Source: a virus (lineage: Duplodnaviria; Heunggongvirae; Uroviricota; Caudoviricetes). Taken from it: a stretch of 45,332 nucleotides of DNA. The notes under the pieces were generated by a model. The model saw only the letters and a program-made list of their open reading frames with translations. It was not told the origin of the DNA and searched no databases. The DNA is taken from the IMG/VR virus record IMGVR_UViG_3300005688_000042; one strand, 5' to 3'. Position numbers and translations under genes: made by a program. Shown in pieces: positions 7,785 through 15,920 of the stretch (positions within the stretch are counted from its first letter, which is position 1; each line of letters opens with the position of its first letter).

Positions 7785-8635
7785 CTTGAATGCCTGAGAT
7801 TATAGCATATCGTTGGTTGCCTTTCAAGTGATTATCCAATCGGTGCTTAATCGACAGGTTCCACTTTTATCCACTTCCTCAAGGAAGTATCAACCATAGC
7901 GGCCTTTTTATACTAGAGGCAATTCTAGTGTCACTATAACCTATTCCAAGTTCTGTCTACCGCCTACTTTGCGAGCAGTGCAGGGTGCTACCCCTTACGT
8001 GCAACTTTCCTTGAACAACATATCGCCTTGCGAGCTTTACGTTGACTCAATTCACCGAAGTGTTGAGTATTACGCTACTTTCAGTTACAGTCGGTGACAA
8101 CTTTGCGTTTTAGTGTGGAATCGAACCACTGCGTTTTGTATAAGGCAAAACATCTAACCAATAGATAAAGTCTAACCTCCTAAGATGCGTGTCACCGTGA
8201 CTCCATATAACTTTATTATACGGAATACCACACACGTCCTTTCATCCGCTAAGATTACTCGTACTAGTGTATACCTTTGTGTGTCTAACCGATGAAGGCT
8301 AGTCCCACAACCTTATACCCTTTGTATGCGCCCTCGTCCGCTAAGACTCAAACCTCATACCTTGGCATTCAACATCTGTTCTAGACATGTTTGCGTGTGA
8401 TAGAATCTTGCGGATTCTTAGCTGAAGCTACACCGTTGGCCTCGCCAGCTATTGTCTCACCATGTTGTAAAACTTATACGAGTTTTCATCCTCGTCCTAC
8501 CATTTCTGGTAGTGTATTGTGCCATTGTTTAGATGGGCCATTTCTGGTGGCTGACTAGGGAGGCTGTCAACCTTTGAGCACCTTGCGATACTCTTTCCGA
8601 TCACCGATTCATTTCTTCCTCGGAGTGCTAAACCA
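7785..8635 (-). ncRNA. GOLLD-like giant structured RNA (~850 nt)
   Basis: ORF-free; many GNRA-capped hairpins; long-range helix TTGAATGCC (8372-8364) with GGCATTCAA (7794-7786); 3' end AATCTCAGGC; lies in a tRNA cluster and holds a tRNA-like insert, as known for GOLLD. Confidence 0.72.
8107..8177 (-). pseudogene. degenerate tRNA-like insert inside the giant RNA
   Basis: D-arm ATCT-ATTGGTT-AGAT, TTTTG-CCTTATA-CAAAA hairpin, GTGG-TTCGATT-CCAC T-arm, broken acceptor stem, no CCA. Confidence 0.65.
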
Positions 8636-8686
8636 GACACCTTACGGTGTTTCGTCTCTTTTACGGGGAGACTCATCAGTGATTCC
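8630..8686 (-). ncRNA. type I hammerhead ribozyme
   Basis: GAAUCA CUGAUGA GUCUC-CCCGUAAAA-GAGAC GAAA CACC-GUAA-GGUG UC|UGGUUU: complete core, stems I-III, GUC triplet; cleavage predicted between 8636 and 8635. Confidence 0.93.
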
Positions 8687-8704
8687 CGTTACTGCATGTT
8701 GTGT

Positions 8705-8733
8705 ACTATACTCTACTACTTTTCATCTGTCAA
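8705..8733 (-). promoter_or_regulatory. sigma70-type promoter for the hammerhead/giant RNA transcript
   Basis: TTGACA-17 nt-TATAGT on the minus strand. Confidence 0.85.
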
Positions 8734-8754
8734 CTGCATCATAAGCAAGGTAAA

Positions 8755-8915
8755 GAAAATAGGACGCCAATGTTTCGCCATTGACACAGAATCAATTAAG
8801 TCCTGTTGGTTGCGGTCCATATTCTTGTGTGGACACATGATACTTTGTTGCATGTTAGTATCAGACACTTTTAGGTTCAACCTCAACCTGCTACTCGTAG
8901 TGATAACCTATTTTC
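8755..8915 (-). ncRNA. candidate multi-branch structured RNA
   Basis: Closed by GAAAATAGG/CCTATTTTC; internal hairpins AGGTT/AACCT, TGATAC/GTATCA, GTCCA/TGGAC, ACAGGA/TTCTGT, GTCAATG-GCGAAA-CATTGGC. Confidence 0.5.
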
Positions 8916-8937
8916 GTTCGGCTTACAATTTTAACTT

Positions 8938-9011
8938 TGGTGGAACTTCTTGGAATCGAACCAAGTTTCTCTGTACTTCACACAGTCACATAGCCTTTAT
9001 GTTAAAGTTCC
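8938..9011 (-). tRNA. tRNA-Phe(GAA)
   Basis: GGAACTT/AAGTTCC acceptor, loop GTGAAGT, TTCGATT, CCA. Confidence 0.85.
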
Positions 9012-9015
9012 ATTA

Positions 9016-9105
9016 TGGTGGGCTGTGATGGTATCGAACCATCGTGGTCATATTGCAGACTTCTGCTTTACAGGCAGACCCGTATCCTTAACGGTCTAAC
9101 AACCC
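9016..9105 (-). tRNA. tRNA-Tyr(GUA)
   Basis: TCTGC-CTGTAAA-GCAGA anticodon arm, long variable arm, A73, CCA. Confidence 0.92.
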
Positions 9106-9158
9106 TCTTACATCTTAAATTCTACAGTACTATTTAGTGTTTGTCAACAACTAAATTT

Positions 9159-9236
9159 TGGTGCGCTGAGAGGGATTCGGACCCTCACTGTACAGATTTT
9201 AAGTCTGTTGTCTCCTACCAGTTGGACTACCAGCAC
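9159..9236 (-). tRNA. tRNA-Leu(UAA), short variable loop
   Basis: ACAGA-CTTAAAA-TCTGT anticodon arm, 5-nt variable loop, CCA. Confidence 0.92.
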
Positions 9237-9253
9237 ATATTCGTTACAAATTC

Positions 9254-9331
9254 TGGTATAGCGGACGAGATTCGAACTCGCAGTCTTCCAATTTGAAAAA
9301 ATGGCGTTTTTGCCGGTTAAACTACCGCTAT
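9254..9331 (-). tRNA. tRNA-Glu(UUC), atypical acceptor
   Basis: ATAGCGG/CCGCTAT acceptor, CCATT-TTTTCAA-ATTGG anticodon arm (one U.U), TTCGAAT, CCA. Confidence 0.8.
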
Positions 9332-9428
9332 ATAAATTATTGTGATAAGTTTATCGTTAAAGGAGTTTTTTCTTTGAAATAGATAATCCTAAAACTTTCG
9401 ACCACAAATTCAAATAATACCAATCTAT

Positions 9429-9593
9429 TTAGTCTTTGTCAACATCATCAAATTCATCATCGCTCAATGTATATAGATAACATACCAGAACAATGAAAAA
9501 CACTATGACGTTAGTTGCAAACAGTATAGGTGAAACAAAGATCGTTGTCAAGCATGATACTGTGAATATTGTAATTATTTGTTCTTTGTTCAC
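9429..9593 (-). CDS. small membrane protein
   Basis: Manually read ORF MNKEQIITIFTVSCLTTIFVSPILFATNVIVFFIVLVCYLYTLSDDEFDDVDKD; GTG start, weak RBS. Confidence 0.4.
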   Translation of the reverse strand: MNKEQIITIFTVSCLTTIFVSPILFATNVIVFFIVLVCYLYTLSDDEFDDVDKD

Positions 9594-9618
9594 AATATCA
9601 CTGTAAATTGTTAAATTT

Positions 9619-9696
9619 TGGTGCGCTAGGTGGGATTTGAACCCACACTGTACAGAATCTAAACCTGTTGCCTCCTGCCAATTGGGCTACCAGCGC
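9619..9696 (-). tRNA. tRNA-Leu(UAG), short variable loop
   Basis: ACAGG-TTTAGAT-TCTGT anticodon arm, 5-nt variable loop, CCA. Confidence 0.92.
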
Positions 9697-9708
9697 ATTA
9701 ACATTTAT

Positions 9709-9918
9709 TTATGCAGGTTGGTTACTACCCAATTCCCACTCTCTGAACGACTTGGTGTTACCATCCAAGTCAGCACAATGGACAAGATTATACGCATACT
9801 TCATGCAACCTACAAGCCTTTCTACACTCTTAACAAAATATACATCGCCAGTGGTTCTTTGGTACACTTCTTCACCTTTCCTGAACTCTGGAGGAGGATA
9901 GTATGCACTTTCATTCAT
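9709..9918 (-). CDS. hypothetical protein (SH3-like beta pattern)
   Basis: 69-aa ORF 'FRKGEEVYQRTTG..YFVK'. Confidence 0.55.
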   Translation of the reverse strand: MNESAYYPPPEFRKGEEVYQRTTGDVYFVKSVERLVGCMKYAYNLVHCADLDGNTKSFREWELGSNQPA

Positions 9919-10108
9919 AGAATGATCATTCCTAAGATGACAAAGAAGATTACTGTTCTGAAAGTATTATTGTATTCTATGTCATCGTTCATGTCAAGTC
10001 CTTAGATTACAAGAGTCCACCAGAATGGTACGAGGAAGATCATAATTGCAATTGCAGATAGAACTAACTTTACGGTTTCCATTTTTACTTTCCTATTATA
10101 TAGTCTTG

Positions 10109-10184
10109 CGGGCATGGAGGGATTCGAACCCCCATCTACTCCGTTACGGTACTAGAGCTTAGAAGACTCTGCCGGTACATGCCC
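10109..10184 (-). tRNA. D-armless tRNA-Arg(UCU)-like RNA with long variable arm
   Basis: GGGCATG/CATGCCC acceptor, only TACCGGC before AGAGT-CTTCTAA-GCTCT, 20-nt variable region, canonical T-arm, G73, no CCA. Confidence 0.7.
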
Positions 10185-10192
10185 GTATTATT

Positions 10193-10268
10193 TGGTGGAC
10201 CCAGAAGGACGTCGAACCTCCATCTCTGGAACTACTCCCAGTGCTTTATCCGCTTAAGCTACAGGACC
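10193..10268 (-). pseudogene. tRNA-Arg-like RNA without an anticodon loop
   Basis: Arg-type D-loop (GGATA), anticodon arm CTGGGA-GTAG-TTCCAG, 8-nt T-loop, encoded ACCA. Confidence 0.7.
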
Positions 10269-10305
10269 ACATATTTTCAAATTCTAGCTTATTTATGCTT
10301 GCGCG

Positions 10306-10482
10306 TCAAGCCTTTTTACCGAGGATCGCAGCCACAAATTGGATAGATTGATCTATTGTAAAACCTTGGCGCAAAAAAGCTTCATGCTGCTGTCGCGAAA
10401 ACTTCGCAATATTATCAGCCAGTGGTCCTTCAATGGCCGCATCAAAAAATCCGTTTGCTTGCTTCAATAGTTCTTCAAACAT
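10306..10482 (-). CDS. hypothetical protein
   Basis: Manually read 58-aa ORF MFEELLKQANG..., AAGGA RBS. Confidence 0.55.
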   Translation of the reverse strand: MFEELLKQANGFFDAAIEGPLADNIAKFSRQQHEAFLRQGFTIDQSIQFVAAILGKKA

Positions 10483-10503
10483 GGTATTTTCCTTTATAGT
10501 TAG

Positions 10504-10698
10504 TTAAAACAATCCGAACACTGCCTTGATGAAGAATGCTATCGCAAAGAATGCGAGAAAGCAAACACCAACACCAAACATGATAAAGGCGAATGCTGCT
10601 ACACCAAACAGCAACGACTTGAATGTAATATAAATGACCATGAAGATTGCTTCAATGATGGAGAAGAAATCTGAGAAGTAGTCGCCGAAGGTTTTCAC
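10504..10698 (-). CDS. small membrane protein
   Basis: Hydrophobic 64-aa ORF with upstream TTGACA-17-TATATT. Confidence 0.6.
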   Translation of the reverse strand: MKTFGDYFSDFFSIIEAIFMVIYITFKSLLFGVAAFAFIMFGVGVCFLAFFAIAFFIKAVFGLF

Positions 10699-10867
10699 GA
10701 AAGTTGTCCAGTAGTTGAGTTGGTATTAATATACTTGATGCAATCTTCTTTGTCAAGTGCCTCAAGATCTTCTTTCAGATTCTTGCGAAGTTCAGCGGCC
10801 TCGTCTTGGTTAAGGAAACAAGGTTTAAAGTATACAACAATTCCATGCGCTTCTGCAAGTTCCAACA

Positions 10868-11197
10868 TTAGGATGTCTCCAAGATGAATGTACGGTTCAT
10901 AAGTCTATACAACTCAAATGCTTTGGCAATTTCTTTCATAGTAGGCAAACGGTTTCCCTTGATCTCGTTGCAACGTCTACATGACAAAACACTGTTGCCA
11001 GCCTTGCGGAAACCTTTTGAGCGTGGGAACAGATGATCGATGGTGTATCCCTTATCATTCTTGTGTCCACCATGATGCGCAAAGTATTCAATATACTTAT
11101 TACAATAGAAGCATCGTGCATTCTGGTAAGCATACAGCAAACTTGTGGGTGGCGCAATGTGTGGTAGCATCTTAGTCTTGTACGCGGGCGGGTTCAT
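10868..11197 (-). CDS. HNH endonuclease
   Basis: CFYC...TIDHLFPRSKG...NSVLSCRRCNEIKG. Confidence 0.9.
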   Translation of the reverse strand: MNPPAYKTKMLPHIAPPTSLLYAYQNARCFYCNKYIEYFAHHGGHKNDKGYTIDHLFPRSKGFRKAGNSVLSCRRCNEIKGNRLPTMKEIAKAFELYRLMNRTFILETS

Positions 11198-11310
11198 TGT
11201 TCTGTCCGGTTGCCATGTTGTGATGAAGCATACAATATAAATAAGTGCATGTCAACTGTTGACACAACGCAAGATCTGTGTAATGATATGTACTCACTAG
11301 GGAGATGACC

Positions 11311-11481
11311 ATGGAAGCTTTTCTTGACTCTACTGCTGGTAAAATCATTTACATTGTGTTGTTTCTTGTTTTCTGTGTGATCATGGAATGGCGTAGTCGA
11401 GTATTGAAAGCTAGGTTGGATGCTGCCATCAATGGTCTCAATGAGTCTAGCCAACAGATCAGGAACGCTCTCAGGAAATGA
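11311..11481 (+). CDS. small membrane protein
   Basis: Manually read 56-aa ORF MEAFLDSTAGKIIYIVLFLVF..., GGGAG RBS, ATGA coupling to the next gene. Confidence 0.65.
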   Translation: MEAFLDSTAGKIIYIVLFLVFCVIMEWRSRVLKARLDAAINGLNESSQQIRNALRK

Positions 11482-11741
11482 GAGTCACCTATCTTTGTAA
11501 ATTTCTGAAATCTCAACGTGCATTGCTTCGTAAAGAAGATGACGGCCAGTTAATATATCTCCAACTAGCTGAACTGAACCAAATTTGCCCCTTTTTTTCT
11601 GTTGGGGACTCTGGTACAATGGTTCCATTGCCAACTGGCAGATATAAATTAATTCTGGATACAGATGACTTCATAGAAGTTGTCCCAATGATCGAACATA
11701 AACAAGGCGAATCTAATGAACAATATTCTTTACAAGGCTGA
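11478..11741 (+). CDS. hypothetical protein
   Basis: 87-aa ORF in operon. Confidence 0.5.
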   Translation: MRVTYLCKFLKSQRALLRKEDDGQLIYLQLAELNQICPFFSVGDSGTMVPLPTGRYKLILDTDDFIEVVPMIEHKQGESNEQYSLQG

Positions 11742-12498
11742 AAGTGGTGAACAGTTCTGGTGTTCCAATGATCAGGCAAAGGTGCTTGATGTACTGAAAC
11801 AACTTAACAAAGGTGGTATCGGTACGGTGCATGGTTATATTCCAGAATCTGGATGGGAAATCTCCCCCAAGGTTGATTTACAAATTATTACACGTATTTC
11901 TGTTTCAGCATTGTATAAGCGAAAGATTGCAGCACTAGATACCATCTCTTTCGCAGATGTTAAACCGTTCCTAGACAAGGAACCAAAGTTGGCAGCACTT
12001 GATGAAGCCAATCAACGACGCATCTTTAATGAGCGAAAACAGAAGCTCATTGACTCCATGAACAAGACACTCTCTGGTGATCGCAGTGATGCATTGCGTG
12101 AAGGCCATGACCGTAATTATATTACAGTGTGTCAGGGTGTCAAGGTCAATCTTGAAGGTGATAAGGTTGACGGAATCAAGATTCCTAAACTCTTCAACGG
12201 TTACCCCATTGCAAATACTATTATGTTGATGTATCTTGAAATCTCTCGTAAAGAGATTTTCCCCGGTCAACGTAAGAAGGCTCCTAATTCTGGAGCAGAC
12301 GTACTTATGGGCAATCTTATCGAATCCCAACTGAATGGTAAGTCAGTAGGTTTGAAGACTCTCTCACTTGATCCTGCTAAGTTTGATAGCATTACTGTCT
12401 CCAAGCAGCAGATTCTAAAAGAAGACTTGGCGCATTCATTTAAGGAACTCACGATGGTTGAAATGATCCTTGAGTTGATTGAGGCGTACAATGCCTAA
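11716..12498 (+). CDS. hypothetical protein
   Basis: 260-aa ORF, no family recognised. Confidence 0.8.
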   Translation: MNNILYKAESGEQFWCSNDQAKVLDVLKQLNKGGIGTVHGYIPESGWEISPKVDLQIITRISVSALYKRKIAALDTISFADVKPFLDKEPKLAALDEANQRRIFNERKQKLIDSMNKTLSGDRSDALREGHDRNYITVCQGVKVNLEGDKVDGIKIPKLFNGYPIANTIMLMYLEISRKEIFPGQRKKAPNSGADVLMGNLIESQLNGKSVGLKTLSLDPAKFDSITVSKQQILKEDLAHSFKELTMVEMILELIEAYNA

Positions 12499-12724
12499 AA
12501 CTATTTCCATTTGTGATTGGCTTGAGGAAAGATCTCAAGAAATTATGAATAGAATCAATCACTTAATTGATGTTTCTGACAAATATCATTTGGAAGGAAA
12601 TGTACAACACTCTGAACTAGTCGATTCTCAGATTGATATATTGTATAATAAAATGAATCGACTAGACGACAGGCTTATAAGAATTTTATCAAGAGGATAT
12701 AAAAATGGCCAAGAAAATTTATAA
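12491..12724 (+). CDS. hypothetical protein
   Basis: Start moved to MPKTIS; GAGG RBS. Confidence 0.6.
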   Translation: MPKTISICDWLEERSQEIMNRINHLIDVSDKYHLEGNVQHSELVDSQIDILYNKMNRLDDRLIRILSRGYKNGQENL

Positions 12725-13532
12725 TCACGTAATTTATGCACTAGATGTGTCTGGATCAATGGCACATAATAATGTAATTTCACATGCAAAGAATGTGTTG
12801 CAAGCTGGCTTGGATGCCATGAAGGCAGTGTCTGCTGGAAGTGGTCAAGAGACATTAGTTTCATTATATACATTTAACCATGAAGTGTCAACGTTGTTTA
12901 TTGATCGACCAGTTGAAGAAGTTTCACTCAATAATGTAACGTTCCGTGCAGATGGTGGTACAGCATTGATTGATGCTGCAATGAAGACTATGCTTGATGG
13001 ATTGACAGTACAAGTAAAGAACAAGAAGACTGAGAGTCATGCATATCTTCTTAATGTTATCACAGATGGTGACGAACGTCACTCCAAGAATAAGGTGGAT
13101 GATCTACGCAAGATCATTTCCAAGTTGAATGATGAATGGACTATTGCAGTTCAAGTACCAGATCAGCAAGGTGTTCACTTTGCAAAGCTATGTGGTTTCC
13201 CTGCTGGCAACATTGCTGTATGGAAAGCTGGTTCTAAGGAAGGGTTGGAAGAGTCTGTGCGCGAGTTCAGCAAAGATTATGATGAGCTTTACATAGACAA
13301 CCAATTTGTGGTATTATTCCACTATCCCATGCGTCAGTGGAACAAATGTCACCATGGATCAATAGCATGTTTTGGTCATGTGCATAATGGATTAGAACCT
13401 TATGGTAAGAGCGTAGATGTTGGTGTTGACTCTACATGGGTAACGGGCAAAGCAGAGTATAGACCATTCTCATTCCAAGAAATTAAAAGATTTATGGACA
13501 AACAGCCCATCATCGCACATCATGGTGATTAA
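12705..13532 (+). CDS. vWA-domain protein fused to a metallophosphoesterase C-terminal fragment
   Basis: MIDAS DVSGS..T..TDG; C-terminus 'LFHYP..W....GSIACFGHVH....VDVGVD...RPFSFQEI'. Confidence 0.75.
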   Translation: MAKKIYNHVIYALDVSGSMAHNNVISHAKNVLQAGLDAMKAVSAGSGQETLVSLYTFNHEVSTLFIDRPVEEVSLNNVTFRADGGTALIDAAMKTMLDGLTVQVKNKKTESHAYLLNVITDGDERHSKNKVDDLRKIISKLNDEWTIAVQVPDQQGVHFAKLCGFPAGNIAVWKAGSKEGLEESVREFSKDYDELYIDNQFVVLFHYPMRQWNKCHHGSIACFGHVHNGLEPYGKSVDVGVDSTWVTGKAEYRPFSFQEIKRFMDKQPIIAHHGD

Positions 13533-13573
13533 GCTCTGGTTCATGATCATAGCGATATAATTCTCTCATCAAA

Positions 13574-13846
13574 ATGAGGACTACAGTGAAAGCCCAGAGA
13601 ATCCATAAGTTTATCCGAGTAGAATCCGCTGATAAACTATTAGTAGTTTTTCATAATGGTGTCACTGAATATACAATGACATTTGATACACTGGGTTTCG
13701 CCATTAGGAATGAATGTGTTCCATTCAGAGTAGAGGCTGCAAAGGCGCTAAAGGCTTTAGCAGAAGACTTCATCAATTTTCACGAAGAAGATTTAACAGA
13801 TAATGCCAATAACTTAGTCTACGGAGGTATCAAAAATGTACGATAA
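13574..13846 (+). CDS. hypothetical protein
   Basis: 90-aa ORF. Confidence 0.55.
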   Translation: MRTTVKAQRIHKFIRVESADKLLVVFHNGVTEYTMTFDTLGFAIRNECVPFRVEAAKALKALAEDFINFHEEDLTDNANNLVYGGIKNVR

Positions 13847-14045
13847 TAAAGATGCTGGACCATATAACGAACGTAATGAACTGCAACGCACTACCAATGC
13901 AATGGTACGAGAAAAGTTCGCTGCAAACGATCCACTGGCACGATTGGCTTGGAATATTTCAACTGAGTATATCTCTGACCCAACCAAGCAGGAAGAATTG
14001 TTTGCTGAACTTGCAAATCTATTGAGGAAAGCTAGGAATAGCTAA
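13836..14045 (+). CDS. hypothetical protein
   Basis: 69-aa ORF, GGAGG RBS. Confidence 0.6.
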   Translation: MYDNKDAGPYNERNELQRTTNAMVREKFAANDPLARLAWNISTEYISDPTKQEELFAELANLLRKARNS

Positions 14046-14171
14046 CTTTCAAAAACGTAAAACAAAAACGTAAATCTATTCTGTCGTATAAAAACAACAC
14101 ATCGTTGCGAAAATACCACACTAATAGTCCACACCAATGATTCATCTGATATCATAAGTGAGTGTCCAAAC

Positions 14172-14624
14172 ATGAAGCCATATGACAAGAAACAGGCGAA
14201 GCTTAATTATAAGCAATTGAATTTGGTTGACATCGTTCCGGGGAAGCTTTATGCTTATGATAGATCAACATCCGTACCTAAGATTGATCTGATCTCTTTT
14301 GAATGCTCAGAAGAACGTGGGGCGTTGCGAGGATTTGTTAAGGTTTTCTATGGTAGTACCGAAGTGTTCCCCACAGAGGTATTTGCTAAGGGTCATTGGC
14401 TTACAGTTAACACGATCAACCAAGATGGTATCCAGCGACCAATGCGATTGGATTTTGATGAAAAATCTAAAACGTTGAGATTACTTTCAGACTCTGTATT
14501 AACTGATACTGGTATCGCTGGCTTTCAACAAAAGCTCGTTGAAACAATCAGCACCAAGGAAGCGGAAATTGCAAGAGAAATCGAAAAACTTCGAAATCTA
14601 TGTGATTTGTTACAAAAAGTATAA
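14172..14624 (+). CDS. hypothetical protein
   Basis: 150-aa ORF. Confidence 0.7.
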   Translation: MKPYDKKQAKLNYKQLNLVDIVPGKLYAYDRSTSVPKIDLISFECSEERGALRGFVKVFYGSTEVFPTEVFAKGHWLTVNTINQDGIQRPMRLDFDEKSKTLRLLSDSVLTDTGIAGFQQKLVETISTKEAEIAREIEKLRNLCDLLQKV

Positions 14625-15029
14625 CAAATTCAATCGGTTATGATATCGCAACCTGAACCGATCCTGAACGACCTGTTCAGGATTTTCTGGGCATAGTCAA
14701 CCGTGACAGCTCCTATTATAGCTGATCGAACCTGAACAGATGCTGAATGATTCTACCTTTTTATAAAGATTTAAAAGAATTTACAATCTGGTGAGGGTTC
14801 AGCATGGCAGCCTGAAGCTGAATAAAAAATTAACGGCATCGTAAATAAGTGAAAAAACGCTTGACGGATATAACATTATAAGGTAAAATGGGTGCGTGGT
14901 CGGGGAGATAGTTCTCCGGTTTGGCCAATGTTGCGAAAAAACAACAGTGTGGTAGAAATACAACAAAAATAGTTCTTGCGTTGTTTTAAAACTGATGTAG
15001 AATACAATACATACACAGGGAGACAAGAA

Positions 15030-15386
15030 ATGAATGCACAACATCTCTTCAACATGAACGCCTTGGAAGAACTGCGTAATGATTATACCAAGCCCATGAC
15101 TCGTGAAGAATTCATTGCATATTGGCTCAACTGCGGCGATGATCCTTATGATATGCCCGCTCTGGAATCCTGCATCGAAGGTATCGGTGAAGGCATCAGC
15201 GAGTTTGGTAGTGAGTGTGCTCTATTCGGTGACGCTGGTCCCGGTTCTCTCTATCGCATTCAACGTAAAATCGAACGCATTCAGGGTGTTGTCCGTCGTT
15301 TGAATGAATTTGGTTGTAATGTTACGATGCCTCAGTTTCGTATCCCGATGCTTGGCGCTCACGCTGCATACGATGATCGTTATTGA
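15030..15386 (+). CDS. hypothetical protein
   Basis: Start moved to MNAQHL; GGGAG RBS. Confidence 0.7.
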   Translation: MNAQHLFNMNALEELRNDYTKPMTREEFIAYWLNCGDDPYDMPALESCIEGIGEGISEFGSECALFGDAGPGSLYRIQRKIERIQGVVRRLNEFGCNVTMPQFRIPMLGAHAAYDDRY

Positions 15387-15440
15387 TTCAGCAACCGTTC
15401 AGCTAATTGTGTTATCATAGCATCAAATCAAGGAATCGGC

Positions 15441-15854
15441 ATGAATCTTCAAATCTCCCCCAACGCAAAGCATTATGGAATCGTCAATGATGGTGATGAA
15501 AATGATCATCTTGTCAAGCGGATTAGTGTTCACAGTTTTGCTCAAATGAAACTGATTCAGGCGTGTAATGATGGTTGGTTTGATGTATCATTGGTGGCAA
15601 TCAAAGATACAAACAATATTGATGCACGTTTTACCAAGAAGAAGGAAATTTTGAAATTCCTGACGTACACGAAAGGGGTGTATGATGATGCTTTTGCCCC
15701 CATTGTCCCACAACCGTTGACCGCGGTCCAATGGTTTGAGCGCGCCCGTGATACACTGCGCCAGCGTTTGAATGAAGAAGAGGACACGGAATTGATGGAT
15801 ATTTTCGATGATATCTGCAATGGTCTTGATGTTCTAGATGGTAAAGTAGTGTGA
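15441..15854 (+). CDS. hypothetical protein
   Basis: Box promoter and AAGGA RBS. Confidence 0.75.
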   Translation: MNLQISPNAKHYGIVNDGDENDHLVKRISVHSFAQMKLIQACNDGWFDVSLVAIKDTNNIDARFTKKKEILKFLTYTKGVYDDAFAPIVPQPLTAVQWFERARDTLRQRLNEEEDTELMDIFDDICNGLDVLDGKVV

Positions 15855-15920
15855 GGATCGATTCAGCTACTGTTCAGGTAACTGGTGTATAATCATTCAT
15901 ACCAACCAAGGACAAACGCG

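Noticed and set aside
8107-8177. Ochre suppressor tRNA (UUA) implying stop-codon recoding
   Set aside because: The element has a broken acceptor stem, C33 and no CCA. Recognisable genes end normally at TAA, TAG or TGA under code 11.
7785-8635. rRNA fragment, group I/II intron or RNase P RNA
   Set aside because: None of their conserved motifs was found, and there is no interrupted host gene.
6928-10005. ORF-track entries over the tRNA cluster (6928, 7150, 8696, 9637 and others)
   Set aside because: They overlap tRNAs or structured RNAs and have no protein motifs.
11194-11454. Minus-strand ORF from the track
   Set aside because: It spans divergent promoters and overlaps a better-supported plus-strand gene (11311-11481) with an RBS and ATGA coupling.
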